Shown here in pieces: positions 38,647-48,278 of a stretch of DNA of 64,000 bases. Position 1 is the stretch's first letter; each line of letters opens with the position of its first letter. A program made the position numbers and the translations under genes. The notes under the pieces are model-generated. The model ran no database searches. It saw nothing but the letters and a program-made list of their open reading frames with translations, and was not told where the DNA came from. This DNA comes from Candidatus Thorarchaeota archaeon (GTDB lineage Archaea; Asgardarchaeota; Thorarchaeia; Thorarchaeales; Thorarchaeaceae). The stretch spans positions 1 through 64,000 of the forward strand of contig RDNZ01000004.1 of assembly GCA_011364905.1 (NCBI GenBank). The letters run 5' to 3'.

Positions 38647-38660
38647 ATACGGTGTAGAAA

Positions 38661-39029
38661 ATGAATGATGGTGTTCCAACGTTAGATGAGCTGATCTCAC
38701 TCATACGGGAGTTTGTAGAAGAGAGGAACTGGGAACAGTACAACAAGCCCGCCGCTTTGGCAGTTTCAGCATCAATTGAGATGGGGGAACTTCTTGAGCT
38801 CTTCCAATGGAAGTCTGATGAGGAAGTCCAAAAGGCGTTAAATGATAGGAAGTTCACCTCTGCTCTGGCAAGCGAAGTTTCTGACGTGATGGTGTATCTT
38901 CTTCGAATCTGCGATAAAGCTGACATTGACCCTGCTAAGGCTATCGTTGAAAAGATGAAACGCAACTCCAAAAAGTATCCAGTGGATAAGTGGCAGGGCA
39001 AGGCTCCCAGCAAGCTCAATCGGACTTAG
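38661..39029 (+). CDS. MazG-like nucleotide pyrophosphohydrolase (DCTPP1/RS21-C6 type)
   Basis: Motifs FVEERNW, IEMGELLELFQW, EVSDV and KYP. Confidence 0.9.
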   Translation: MNDGVPTLDELISLIREFVEERNWEQYNKPAALAVSASIEMGELLELFQWKSDEEVQKALNDRKFTSALASEVSDVMVYLLRICDKADIDPAKAIVEKMKRNSKKYPVDKWQGKAPSKLNRT

Positions 39030-39813
39030 TGAGTAAACCATACAAATCTGGTCGCCGGTCTTTCACCAGATGATTCCGCTTTGTGATCATCTTATCATCA
39101 GCTTCGTGAGGGTCGATGTCAGCAAGTGCGAGTCCCTCTTCATTAGTTGGCAGAGTAGTCAATCTCTTTCCGGTTGTATTAGTTATCTGAGAGCTGCCTG
39201 AGAATGCTACTCCTCTTTCGGTTCCAATTCGATTTGCAGTTGCGGTGAAAACAGAATTCTCAATGGATCTAATCCTCATTGCATCCTGGCAATAGGGAAG
39301 TACAAGATTAGCAGGGTGTAGAATCACCTGTGCTCCTTTTAGCATGAGAATTCTAGCCATTTCGGGGAATATCCAATCGAAACAGATCATAACACCGAAT
39401 CTTGTCCCCTCGAAATCGACCACCGGAGGTTCTTCATTCCCCGGCTGAAACCAATCCTTTTCATTCAGGAACAGATGTATCTTACGATAGGTTGTGATAT
39501 GATTTCCATTAGCAAATGCTACTGCTGAATTGAAAAGGCCATGTCGTGTCTGTTCGCAAATGCCTGCAACGACAAGCTTGTTTGCCTTCGACCATGAACG
39601 AAGTTCCCTTGAGAAACTCCCAGTAGGAATCTCCTCTGCAGTGGTTTTTGCCTCTTCAAGACTATCAAATACATACCCAGAATTACATAGTTCCGGGAGA
39701 ACTAGGACATCAACCTGATTCTCATCTGCCCTCTTGAGGATTGATTTTACTTTCAAGAGGTTCTTTTGTATATCATTGATTAGTGGTTCCATTTGGCCGA
39801 CAGCAAGTCTCAT
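39016..39813 (-). CDS. Nitrilase/carbon-nitrogen hydrolase
   Basis: E-K-C triad in LPELCNSGY, YRKIHLF and ICFDWIFPE. Confidence 0.92.
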   Translation of the reverse strand: MRLAVGQMEPLINDIQKNLLKVKSILKRADENQVDVLVLPELCNSGYVFDSLEEAKTTAEEIPTGSFSRELRSWSKANKLVVAGICEQTRHGLFNSAVAFANGNHITTYRKIHLFLNEKDWFQPGNEEPPVVDFEGTRFGVMICFDWIFPEMARILMLKGAQVILHPANLVLPYCQDAMRIRSIENSVFTATANRIGTERGVAFSGSSQITNTTGKRLTTLPTNEEGLALADIDPHEADDKMITKRNHLVKDRRPDLYGLLTKSD

Positions 39814-39865
39814 TCTGCTTTCTCCTTAATCTCCTACCGTTCAGGAGGTTTTGATTTCTTCGGTT

Positions 39866-39901
39866 GAAAATGAAAAAAGTGCGCCTTCAAAATAAAGGCG
39901 C
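39866..39901 (-). terminator. Hairpin plus U-tract downstream of mtnP
   Basis: gcgcctt-N7-aaggcgc, followed on the minus strand by acttttttcattttc. Confidence 0.7.
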
Positions 39902-39914
39902 GATATGCTGCAAA

Positions 39915-40775
39915 TCAAAAGAGTCCGTTCTTCATAGCAGTCTGACAATCACAACTGGCATCATTTGGAATATTGGAGATCATCTCAAAGGTGAGCTTCC
40001 TGACTCTCTCAACATTCTCAGCCATGGTCTTCAAAACCATCGCATGTGTCACGTGCTCCTCACCATGGACGTCATAGTCTGTTGGCATCGAGATATTCAC
40101 GAAACAGATTCCAGCCTCCCGAGCTAATGCGGCCTCAGGATAAGCGGTCATGCCAATGACGTCCCACCCTTGATTATGATAGAACATCGATTCTGCGGCG
40201 GTTGAGAATCTTGGCCCGTTGATACAAACGTACGTCCCCTTTTCATGGACCTTATACCCCACCTCGGCCGCTGTGTCAACTGCAACTTTTCGTAATTCTG
40301 GACAGAACGGCTCTCCAAAGGGGAGATGTGCAATTGTTCCTTCCTCGAAGAAAGTGTCTTTTCGAACGCCAAATGTTCTATCGAAGAGCTGGTCTGCAAC
40401 CACAAACTCGCCCAATTTGATTTTCTTTGGTTGGAGACTACCGCAAGCAGCAGGGCTTATGATTCGTCTGACTCCTAACGATTTCATCCCCCAAATGTTC
40501 GCTCGATAGTTGATCATATGCGGTGCAATAGTGTGACTCCTACCATGACGAGCGAGAAAAGCGAAAGTACGGTCCTTCACAGTTCCCAGGATGAAGTTGT
40601 CTGATGCTGCTCCATACGGAGTGAATACCTTGACTTCGATGGGATTCTCAATCACTTCCGAGTCATAGTTTCCTGAGCCACCAAACATGCCTATCTCAAT
40701 TGGGAAGAGTTTCTGCAGCTCTTCTGTTCTACTTCTATCAACGGGAACCACTGCTGGCGTTGCTTCAAATGCCAT
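39915..40775 (-). CDS. mtnP: S-methyl-5'-thioadenosine/inosine phosphorylase
   Basis: Motifs GGSG, ARHG, NYRANIW, GPRFST.AE, IGMT..PE and TDYD. Confidence 0.92.
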   Translation of the reverse strand: MAFEATPAVVPVDRSRTEELQKLFPIEIGMFGGSGNYDSEVIENPIEVKVFTPYGAASDNFILGTVKDRTFAFLARHGRSHTIAPHMINYRANIWGMKSLGVRRIISPAACGSLQPKKIKLGEFVVADQLFDRTFGVRKDTFFEEGTIAHLPFGEPFCPELRKVAVDTAAEVGYKVHEKGTYVCINGPRFSTAAESMFYHNQGWDVIGMTAYPEAALAREAGICFVNISMPTDYDVHGEEHVTHAMVLKTMAENVERVRKLTFEMISNIPNDASCDCQTAMKNGLF

Positions 40776-40783
40776 TTAACATC

Positions 40784-41461
40784 TCACTCCTTTAATCTCC
40801 AAGCTTTGTCGAGAGGATACTCGATGGTACCCAGGAATCCCATATGCGCCTTGATCTTTGAGAGCTGGTCATCAGAGAGGACAATATTGTTGTACTCACG
40901 GAGGTGTTTCTTCAGCTCCATGGTGCTCATCTCTTTCACTTTCTCTCCCTGGAAAATCTTCGTGATGAGTGAAGTCAAGTCTTCGTAGAAGTTCCACGGC
41001 CAGATCTCCCAGGCCCACGCCACTTCCACGCCGTAGTAGTCAGGAGTGAATTTCGACCCTGCGATGTGCATGAGCGCTGCACTTTTCACATCTGCAGGTC
41101 CACAGCTCTTTACATGGTCGACCGCCATGGTGAGACTCTCTCCAGTGTCCGTGATATCATCAATAACCAGTACTCTTTTCCCGACAACATCTCCGGTCAG
41201 CGGACAGGTGAGCTTTGCCTTACCATCCTTTGTTGCTGTGACTCCCCAGTGGTCAATCTTCACAGAGAAGAGGTCCTTGACCCCGAGCAAATCACATTGG
41301 ATTCTTGCGTGAACCCATCCACCTCGTGCAATACCAACGATTGCATCAGGTCTCCATTCAGATCTTTTCACCTTTATAGCAGTCTGGTATGCATAGTTAT
41401 AGATATCATCAAAATCAAGCACATAGCATAATGGGCCTTTGAGTTCCATAATATGAGCCAC
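40784..41461 (-). CDS. Purine phosphoribosyltransferase (archaeal type I PRTase)
   Basis: Motifs IARGG, VLVIDDITDTGES and W.IWPW. Confidence 0.9.
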   Translation of the reverse strand: MAHIMELKGPLCYVLDFDDIYNYAYQTAIKVKRSEWRPDAIVGIARGGWVHARIQCDLLGVKDLFSVKIDHWGVTATKDGKAKLTCPLTGDVVGKRVLVIDDITDTGESLTMAVDHVKSCGPADVKSAALMHIAGSKFTPDYYGVEVAWAWEIWPWNFYEDLTSLITKIFQGEKVKEMSTMELKKHLREYNNIVLSDDQLSKIKAHMGFLGTIEYPLDKAWRLKE

Positions 41462-41561
41462 CGAGGTATCGATGTCTTTCAGACTATGATAAAAAGATGT
41501 TCATATCGATAGCTAGGAACAGTAATAGGGAGTTATTCTCATGCAGAGCAATTGATTCAAC

Positions 41562-41876
41562 ATGTCGAATGAAGAGAAATGTGTTGGTAAGGAACCCCGA
41601 AAAGTCACTGCTCGAGTGATAAGCCAAAAGGGATACTGTGCCATTGGTCACAAGGTTGGAGATATCATCGAGTTCGATCATTTCGGAGTGAAGGGCGACA
41701 TTTGTATAAACGCGCTTTTTTCAATACTCCCAGTTGTGTACGCGATGATGCACAATTCATATTTCCCGTGGGCTGAAGACCAATGCAAGGAACTCCATGC
41801 ATGTCCGGATCCCAATAATCCTGTAGTCTTCGAACTGGACCGGTCTCAACCCATGGAGCGCAAAGCCTCCGGATGA
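41562..41876 (+). CDS. TIGR04076-family Cys-containing protein
   Basis: Motifs KGYCAIGHKVGD, ICINA and ACPDPNNPVVFEL. Confidence 0.75.
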   Translation: MSNEEKCVGKEPRKVTARVISQKGYCAIGHKVGDIIEFDHFGVKGDICINALFSILPVVYAMMHNSYFPWAEDQCKELHACPDPNNPVVFELDRSQPMERKASG

Positions 41877-41878
41877 GT

Positions 41879-42730
41879 CTACAGAATCTCAATTGACAGG
41901 GAGTCGTACTTGCCTGGCCGATATGCGACTCGGACAGTGAAAATATCTCCACTGGAGACTTCAATTGGCTGTTCCAATGGAATGAACAGCTGTTTCCATC
42001 CATCTTCCATTTTAAGTACAATATCTCCACAAAGTCTTGCTTCAAACACTCCGACTAGTCCATGAACGGTGCCTTTATCGACTATTGTAAATTGCAGAGT
42101 TTCGTCTATTGTCGTATCCTGCTTCAAACTCATGAGTTTCAAAGACTCCAAGATGCTCATGTCTGCCAAATCTCGTGTTGTTTCGTGTATTGCACTCTGA
42201 ACAACCCGCGGAAACTGAATCTCTTGAAAACGAAATCTTCCCCAGATTTCAGGGCTCTCCACAGGTGCAAGGAAAATATCAACCTCTTGTGGTATGAGGA
42301 CTCCACTTGGTTTCAGAATTCTCTCTATGGCATAAACGCTGGCTGGGATCTGTTGCTCTATCAACATCATTGAAGAAAGCATCTCGCAAATGACAATATC
42401 TGCTCTCGTGTCGGGCACAAAATCAGAAAAGTTGCATTGAACGAACTCGATAAGATCTTCCACGCCATTGAGTCTAGCAGCTCTTCTTGCATATTCAATC
42501 GACTCCGGATTGATTTCAATGGCTGAAACTTTGCCAGCCTTTGCTTTTGCGGCCATAATGGCCAGTACTCCTGAGCCAGTTCCAAGATCAACAACATAGT
42601 CTCCGTCTTTCACTACTTTTTGAATAGCATTTCTGAACTTCACAAGTCTTGACCTTTGTCCCAATAGGCTTGCTGCGTGAAGCACAGTGAAAGGAGTTGC
42701 ATACTGCCTATCTTTCATCAATTTTGCCAT
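41879..42730 (-). CDS. PRMT-fold SAM-dependent methyltransferase (candidate protein arginine methyltransferase)
   Basis: VVDLGTGSG, double-E loop EMLSSMMLIE, LKPSGVLIP and beta-barrel VHGLVGVF...GWKQLFIPL. Confidence 0.75.
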   Translation of the reverse strand: MAKLMKDRQYATPFTVLHAASLLGQRSRLVKFRNAIQKVVKDGDYVVDLGTGSGVLAIMAAKAKAGKVSAIEINPESIEYARRAARLNGVEDLIEFVQCNFSDFVPDTRADIVICEMLSSMMLIEQQIPASVYAIERILKPSGVLIPQEVDIFLAPVESPEIWGRFRFQEIQFPRVVQSAIHETTRDLADMSILESLKLMSLKQDTTIDETLQFTIVDKGTVHGLVGVFEARLCGDIVLKMEDGWKQLFIPLEQPIEVSSGDIFTVRVAYRPGKYDSLSIEIL

Positions 42731-42835
42731 AACGAATCCTACTTATAATACAGATGTGAGCAAACAGATGCAGAGTGTGTTCAATGATTTAAGCTGAATT
42801 GACACTTACTATCGAGCAAGAAGGGCTATCTAATC

Positions 42836-43996
42836 TTGACTGAAGAAATCATCAACTCCGCGATGCAGGCTCTTGAGGAAGGCCGGCCTCATGATGCAAT
42901 TGTTGCACTTGAGCCTATCGTTGAAGACGATGATGAGAATCCAGATGCGCTGGTTTGCCTTGGTATGGCCTATGTACAGGCTGAGATGCCTGAAAAGGCT
43001 GTCAAGGTATTGGAGCAGGCAGATGAACTTATCGAGCAACATTGTGTTGTCGAGCTGTTTCTAGGACGAGCTCTTTGGGCTCTTGGCAAGCTTGATCATG
43101 CGGAAGACTGCATTCGAGAGGCTCATCGATTGGACTCTTCAGAACCAGAGGTCTGGCTTGATTTGGTTCGGATTCTATACAAGAAGAATCAGTATCGTGA
43201 AGCATTGGGCTACCTGAAACAGGCACTGGAACTTTTTCCCGATGAGCTGGAACTGATGGGGCTTTATGCCTTGACGCTTTATCGATTGGGTGATTTCACC
43301 GCTGCTACCGAAGAGTGGGCAAAGGTTCACAGATTGAGTCCAAATCTTATGGCTGCGGTTTCTAACTATGCCTATCTATTGCTTATTCAGCATCGAACTT
43401 TCGAAGCTGCACCATTTGTAGGCCATGCGAATATCGTTGATCCAGATGATTATCGCGCAAAGATTCTATTGGGAGAGTTGAGATTCCAGACAAGCGAGAT
43501 TGATGGCGCAAAGGAATGCTTTATCGAAGTTGTTGGACAAGACCCCAAAAACATCGAAGCACTCTCTCGACTTGCTGTTCTTACCCATCTAGTTGGAGAT
43601 TCTCAAATATCTAATCACTACCTTGCTCGAGCGGAAGCCGAACTCGGTAGAGACCCCGAGTCATGGAGAGGTCTCTGCCAAGCATATCCCCTCCTTGGCA
43701 TGATGGAAAAATATGTGGAATGCCTTGTTAGATGGACAGAGGCTGATCCGGGAGCAGCGGCTCCATGGATACTGTTAGCTCATGAATATGATAAGGAGGG
43801 AAAACTGGAATACGCTAGAAAGGCGTGGAGAACGGTTTTCGAATTAAGAGGATATGTGAAGATCAGATGCTACCAGTGCAAGACCGAAGCAAGACTCCCA
43901 TATGATGAAATCAAAGGCTTTGATGTCTATCAAGATGTTGTCTGTGACGAATGCGGTTCGAAAATCAACATGCCCGCAGGCCTTGCACTAAACTGA
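42836..43996 (+). CDS. Multi-TPR protein with C-terminal Zn ribbon
   Basis: About 9 TPR-like repeats and CYQC...CDEC. Confidence 0.85.
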   Translation: MTEEIINSAMQALEEGRPHDAIVALEPIVEDDDENPDALVCLGMAYVQAEMPEKAVKVLEQADELIEQHCVVELFLGRALWALGKLDHAEDCIREAHRLDSSEPEVWLDLVRILYKKNQYREALGYLKQALELFPDELELMGLYALTLYRLGDFTAATEEWAKVHRLSPNLMAAVSNYAYLLLIQHRTFEAAPFVGHANIVDPDDYRAKILLGELRFQTSEIDGAKECFIEVVGQDPKNIEALSRLAVLTHLVGDSQISNHYLARAEAELGRDPESWRGLCQAYPLLGMMEKYVECLVRWTEADPGAAAPWILLAHEYDKEGKLEYARKAWRTVFELRGYVKIRCYQCKTEARLPYDEIKGFDVYQDVVCDECGSKINMPAGLALN

Positions 43997-44008
43997 GGAG
44001 CTAAGCCG

Positions 44009-44458
44009 ATGAGAGGAAGAAGATATCCTACTCATCCAGTTCCTGGCGTTGGAGCCATTGTTGTGGGCTCTCAAGGTGTATTATTGGCACGCCGTGACAA
44101 AGACCCAGGCCAAGGACTCTGGAGCATTCCTGGCGGAGGAGTGGAACTAGGAGAAACACAAGAAACAACTGTAACTCGTGAAGTGAGAGAAGAAACCGGA
44201 GTAAACTGTGAAGTCATTGAGTTTGTTAACACAGTGGATTTGATTACTCAAGACTCAGCAGGGAATGTTGAGTTTCATTTCATTTTGAACCATTATCTTG
44301 CACGAGCTCTGACAGAAAACACGAGACCCGAATACAAAGATGGAGAAGTCGGATGGTTTCATCCAGATGACCTTCCTTCCGACATTGCTGATCAAAGAAT
44401 CGTAGAACTTGTCCTCTCAGTCCGTGATAAAATACTTCATCTAATGACAAATGATTGA
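44009..44458 (+). CDS. NUDIX hydrolase
   Basis: Nudix box GGGVELGET...REVREETG. Confidence 0.93.
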   Translation: MRGRRYPTHPVPGVGAIVVGSQGVLLARRDKDPGQGLWSIPGGGVELGETQETTVTREVREETGVNCEVIEFVNTVDLITQDSAGNVEFHFILNHYLARALTENTRPEYKDGEVGWFHPDDLPSDIADQRIVELVLSVRDKILHLMTND

Positions 44459-44573
44459 TTTTGTGGCATCGCAGACCAACATGTCATTTATCACATATGC
44501 CACGAAATATAAAAGACAATGATTAATGGAGATATAGTGAGTCTTTTCAGACCTTAGGACGTGTAGAAGTACA

Positions 44574-45041
44574 ATGTTCAGAACATTAATGGCTTTAGTA
44601 GTCTGTTTAGTGACTGCAGTTATCATCGGGGCCTTCCAGATTGTTGGTCTCAACATCGCAGCAATTCAAGCTATCGTTGGTAGCGGTAATATTACGAGCG
44701 AGCTAGCGGCGAAAGGCGCACTCCTCTTTGGAGGATTGTTATTTCCGTACACCCTCGCAACAGCAGCAACTCCTGTATATTCACCACTTGTAGCACTAGG
44801 TGTTGCTGGTTTCATTGCAGGTTTGATCTCAAAGAGTGGCGTTCGAATGCTCTTTGTTTCAGTAATTGCAATGGTTCTATTCTTCTTGGGTTACTACGTA
44901 CTTACCCTAGGCCTTGCACCGTCAAGCCTTAATGATATGCTAATGATTGCAAGAAATATGGCTATAGATATCGGTGTAGCTTTTGGTCTACTCTTTATAC
45001 CCGGCATAATTGGTGCATCACTAACATCTGAGGACTATTAG
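44574..45041 (+). CDS. Hypothetical membrane protein
   Basis: 4-5 hydrophobic helices. Confidence 0.75.
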   Translation: MFRTLMALVVCLVTAVIIGAFQIVGLNIAAIQAIVGSGNITSELAAKGALLFGGLLFPYTLATAATPVYSPLVALGVAGFIAGLISKSGVRMLFVSVIAMVLFFLGYYVLTLGLAPSSLNDMLMIARNMAIDIGVAFGLLFIPGIIGASLTSEDY

Positions 45042-45058
45042 TCCTCATGAACTTGTCA

Positions 45059-45089
45059 GGGGGCTAACTGCCCCCAATGACTCTTTTTA
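45059..45089. terminator. Stem-loop between convergent genes
   Basis: gggggc-taact-gccccc followed by a T-tract. Confidence 0.55.
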
Positions 45090-46592
45090 TGTTCTGAGTT
45101 TTTTTGCAAGCATTTGGGATACAAGAGTTAGATACTCATCCAGATACGCTTTCTGAATGAATGCTCCGGCAGCCATAGGATGTCCCCCAGCTTCAGCTAT
45201 CAAAGTATTGTTTCTTTCATTTAGCCCTTCAGCGACTTCTACAAAAACGTCTTTGAGATTGATTCCCCTCTTTACTAATCTTCGATTTGCACGGCCTGAT
45301 AGCTTAGCCAAGGGGCTATCTCCCGTTGTGTTTCTTACTACTCCAATTACAGGTCTGTCTGTAGGGATTATCATGGAACCCTGTGCCATCCCGATTACGA
45401 TGCCTATTATCGTATCTGGTGTTTCAGGATCATCTACAAGATACATGCCATCCATTTCCTTGAATCCGCCATCTTCCTCAAGACGGCGGAGTGCGCTTGC
45501 AAGGTTGGCTCTGTGCTGTTGTAATAGATTCTTTCCCTCCACAAATGCCTCTGGGTCCTTCATACAGATTCTTACGCCGACCTCTGGACGTCTATTTCTT
45601 CCGCAAGCATTCAAGAGAGTAGAGAACTCCTTTGCGCTACGCATCTCTGTTTTAGGTGGACGATGAGATAAAACGATGGTGTCGCCAATGATTCCTTGCG
45701 CTATACGAGGATCTTCATAATGTTCAAGAACAACCTGGATGATCCCCTGAATTGCCACTTGCTTCTCGGAAGGTTCAAGATCCATCCAGGTGCGCCAGTT
45801 GTCTCCTGACTTCATTTCAATTCCAAGGTCCTGATAGAATGCGTAGCACGCCTCTTCAGCTCCTGTCAAACCTGGAAGATACGGATCTGTTGCATACATT
45901 AGTAAATAGGGCAGGGGTCTCGTGTGGATGCCAAAGAAAGTGAGGTCTCGCATTAATTCAAGGTATCCCGAACTCTGACCCAACTCGATTATTTCCTTGT
46001 TTAGACCTACAAATCCTCGACCGTAGTAGTCTTGGAGGTCTCCCGTTGCCCCCACAATTGCTAATTCAGACAAGTCAATGTTGTCCTGAGAAACGAACAA
46101 TGCCAAAAGAAAGGCTGTCCCTGCTCCAGAGATGTCATAACTCCCACTTAGTCCATGATGGCTGGGATTAATCTCTATTAGTGTCTTTGATGACTTGTCA
46201 ATTGCGGAGTCATTATTTTCATCATGTGGCAAGTGATGGTCCAAAATAACAATTGATTCTACATCTTCAATATTCAGAATGTGCTCCTTCACCAATTCTA
46301 TCTGCCCTGTCCCGAAATCACTGAATATCACCAAATCCGGTTTGAACTCTCGAACGTCCTCTTCCACTTGCAGGATGGACTCAGAGTTAATTTGGTGTAC
46401 GTTTTTCCAATCATACTCCTTCCCTTCTCTTTCAAGCATTAGAGCGATTATAGCAAGTGCTGAGATTCCATCTGCATCAATGTGAGAAAATGCCGAAACT
46501 CTTTTAGCTTTTCTAACCTCTTTTGCTGCATTCAGAAGTAGTTCACTCATTGACTCGGGTATAGATTCGTAGAAATGTTCCATTTTGTCCAA
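45087..46592 (-). CDS. Archaeal RecJ/Cdc45-like DHH phosphoesterase
   Basis: Motifs HIDADG, DFG, LDHH, GATGD, LLNACGR and GGHPMAAG. Confidence 0.92.
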   Translation of the reverse strand: MDKMEHFYESIPESMSELLLNAAKEVRKAKRVSAFSHIDADGISALAIIALMLEREGKEYDWKNVHQINSESILQVEEDVREFKPDLVIFSDFGTGQIELVKEHILNIEDVESIVILDHHLPHDENNDSAIDKSSKTLIEINPSHHGLSGSYDISGAGTAFLLALFVSQDNIDLSELAIVGATGDLQDYYGRGFVGLNKEIIELGQSSGYLELMRDLTFFGIHTRPLPYLLMYATDPYLPGLTGAEEACYAFYQDLGIEMKSGDNWRTWMDLEPSEKQVAIQGIIQVVLEHYEDPRIAQGIIGDTIVLSHRPPKTEMRSAKEFSTLLNACGRNRRPEVGVRICMKDPEAFVEGKNLLQQHRANLASALRRLEEDGGFKEMDGMYLVDDPETPDTIIGIVIGMAQGSMIIPTDRPVIGVVRNTTGDSPLAKLSGRANRRLVKRGINLKDVFVEVAEGLNERNNTLIAEAGGHPMAAGAFIQKAYLDEYLTLVSQMLAKKLRT

Positions 46593-46658
46593 TAGACCTT
46601 ACGCTCAGGCACGATATAAGTTGGCTTCTCTTTGTTAACGAGTGAGTATCTGAGACTA

Positions 46659-47000
46659 TTACTCTGCGACCCTTACTGCTCGTGATATTGCGAGGAAGAT
46701 GACAAGAAACACGCTTGCAACAGCTGCCAGTACCTTTGCAACTCTTTGCCAACGTGTCAGCGGGATTTCTAGTTCCCTTAGCTCATTGGTTAGTTTTCTG
46801 AGGTATACACGTTGCTCAGTGTATAATGCTTCCTGATCGTCTATGACTGCCGAGTATTCAGACCAGCTATTGTAGAAAGGTGACTCCGGATTGGTTTCAA
46901 GCCACTTCTCCCACTGCTCCAGAATCTCTTCGCGATGTGGTGAGGGAAATCCCTTGATTGTTTCATGGATTTGAGTTTCCCAGTCTTGTGGTAGTGTCAT
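46659..47000 (-). CDS. Hypothetical tail-anchored protein
   Basis: Single C-terminal TM. ATG 47000 follows GAGGTG. Confidence 0.7.
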   Translation of the reverse strand: MTLPQDWETQIHETIKGFPSPHREEILEQWEKWLETNPESPFYNSWSEYSAVIDDQEALYTEQRVYLRKLTNELRELEIPLTRWQRVAKVLAAVASVFLVIFLAISRAVRVAE

Positions 47001-47168
47001 CTTTAGTGTGCACCTCATGTTTCCCGGCTGAGGAACAATAATGATTCGTTTTTTTTGATTATTAAGTCTTGACTGTTTACGCGCGAATTGCGCAAATTGA
47101 GAAAAACACCACGGTTTCTCATAAGACCAATCCGGAGAGTAGCTTGGTTCGGGTGAACACGACAGCAG

Positions 47169-47690
47169 CTATCTCATCTTTGAGAGTTCTTTACTCCACT
47201 CCTTAATGTCCGCACGGAGCTTTGCTATATCTGTCGGACTGATTGTGTCAACCCTTCCGTAGGTTCGTAAAATCCGTGTCCATCTTTGCATCTTGACAAC
47301 TAGAGATCCGGAGGCACCCTTGCCCTCCAGTATTTCTGCGGATTCATTAATTCTCTGTGCCAGGTCACTTGCAATAACACCCTCTCTGACTTGAGTTTCA
47401 AGAGTATCAAGAACTGATTGGAGGTTAGAAACAGCGCCTCTCTCTGCAATACTTGGTTTACTTGCCGAAGCGACCGGAGTTCCGAGTTCTAAGTTATTCA
47501 CCATTTGTATCAACCCATCAAGTCGTTCGGTGTTTGCATTGACAGCTTGTGTGAGTTCTGAGGTGTTCTCTTGCACCTCAGTAATTGCTGAGATTACCTC
47601 AATCATTCTGTTAAGCATCTGAGTAAGTCTCTCTATGGCTCCATTGATTTCTGTGAGCTTTGCTCTCACATAGGTGTCTTCTTCACTCAT
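47169..47690 (-). CDS. Hypothetical coiled-coil protein
   Basis: N-terminal heptad repeats. Confidence 0.75.
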   Translation of the reverse strand: MSEEDTYVRAKLTEINGAIERLTQMLNRMIEVISAITEVQENTSELTQAVNANTERLDGLIQMVNNLELGTPVASASKPSIAERGAVSNLQSVLDTLETQVREGVIASDLAQRINESAEILEGKGASGSLVVKMQRWTRILRTYGRVDTISPTDIAKLRADIKEWSKELSKMR

Positions 47691-47879
47691 CGTAAGTTCC
47701 TCTGATTGGAGGTCGCTGTATGTGGCACGTAATGGATGGTCATCTTAGAGTTTGAAGATATAGCTTTCTGTGCTGTTTATTCCAATTACACTGTATCACT
47801 GGAGTCCATAACCGAATACTAATATCCCCCTAGGAATCTCATTTCCAATCAATAGCTCCGTACTGAGGCTCGAAAGACT

Positions 47880-48230
47880 ATGTTTGTTGTAAACTTCAAG
47901 GAAAGAGAGGAACTCCCCGTCGAATTACCTGGTAGTAAGAACGCGACAATGCGTTGGCTTGTCGGCAAACAAGACGGAGCTAGGACATACGCAATGCGTT
48001 TCTTTGAAATAAAACCTGGTGGCATCATCCCCTTGCATACTCATCCTGAGAAACATGAAACATTTATTCTTGAAGGCGAGGCCAAACTTCTTGGCGGCGA
48101 AGAGGATACAGTGGCAAAGAAAGGTGATGTTGTCTTCGTGCCGCCAAATCAGCCTCATGGCTATGAAAACACTCACGGTTCTAAGGTTTTTCGTTCCATA
48201 GATGTGATTCCCTTATTGAAGAAGGATTAG
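47880..48230 (+). CDS. Cupin domain protein
   Basis: Motifs PLHTHPEKHE and VPPNQPHGYEN. Confidence 0.9.
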   Translation: MFVVNFKEREELPVELPGSKNATMRWLVGKQDGARTYAMRFFEIKPGGIIPLHTHPEKHETFILEGEAKLLGGEEDTVAKKGDVVFVPPNQPHGYENTHGSKVFRSIDVIPLLKKD

Positions 48231-48278
48231 GTAGTTTTTTCTTGAGGGTTACATTCGCCAGTAATCGGAGCTGGTACA

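Noticed and set aside
47169-47690. SNARE- or ESCRT-III-like identity for the coiled-coil protein
   Set aside because: Only generic heptads are present, with no TM anchor or diagnostic motif recognisable by eye.
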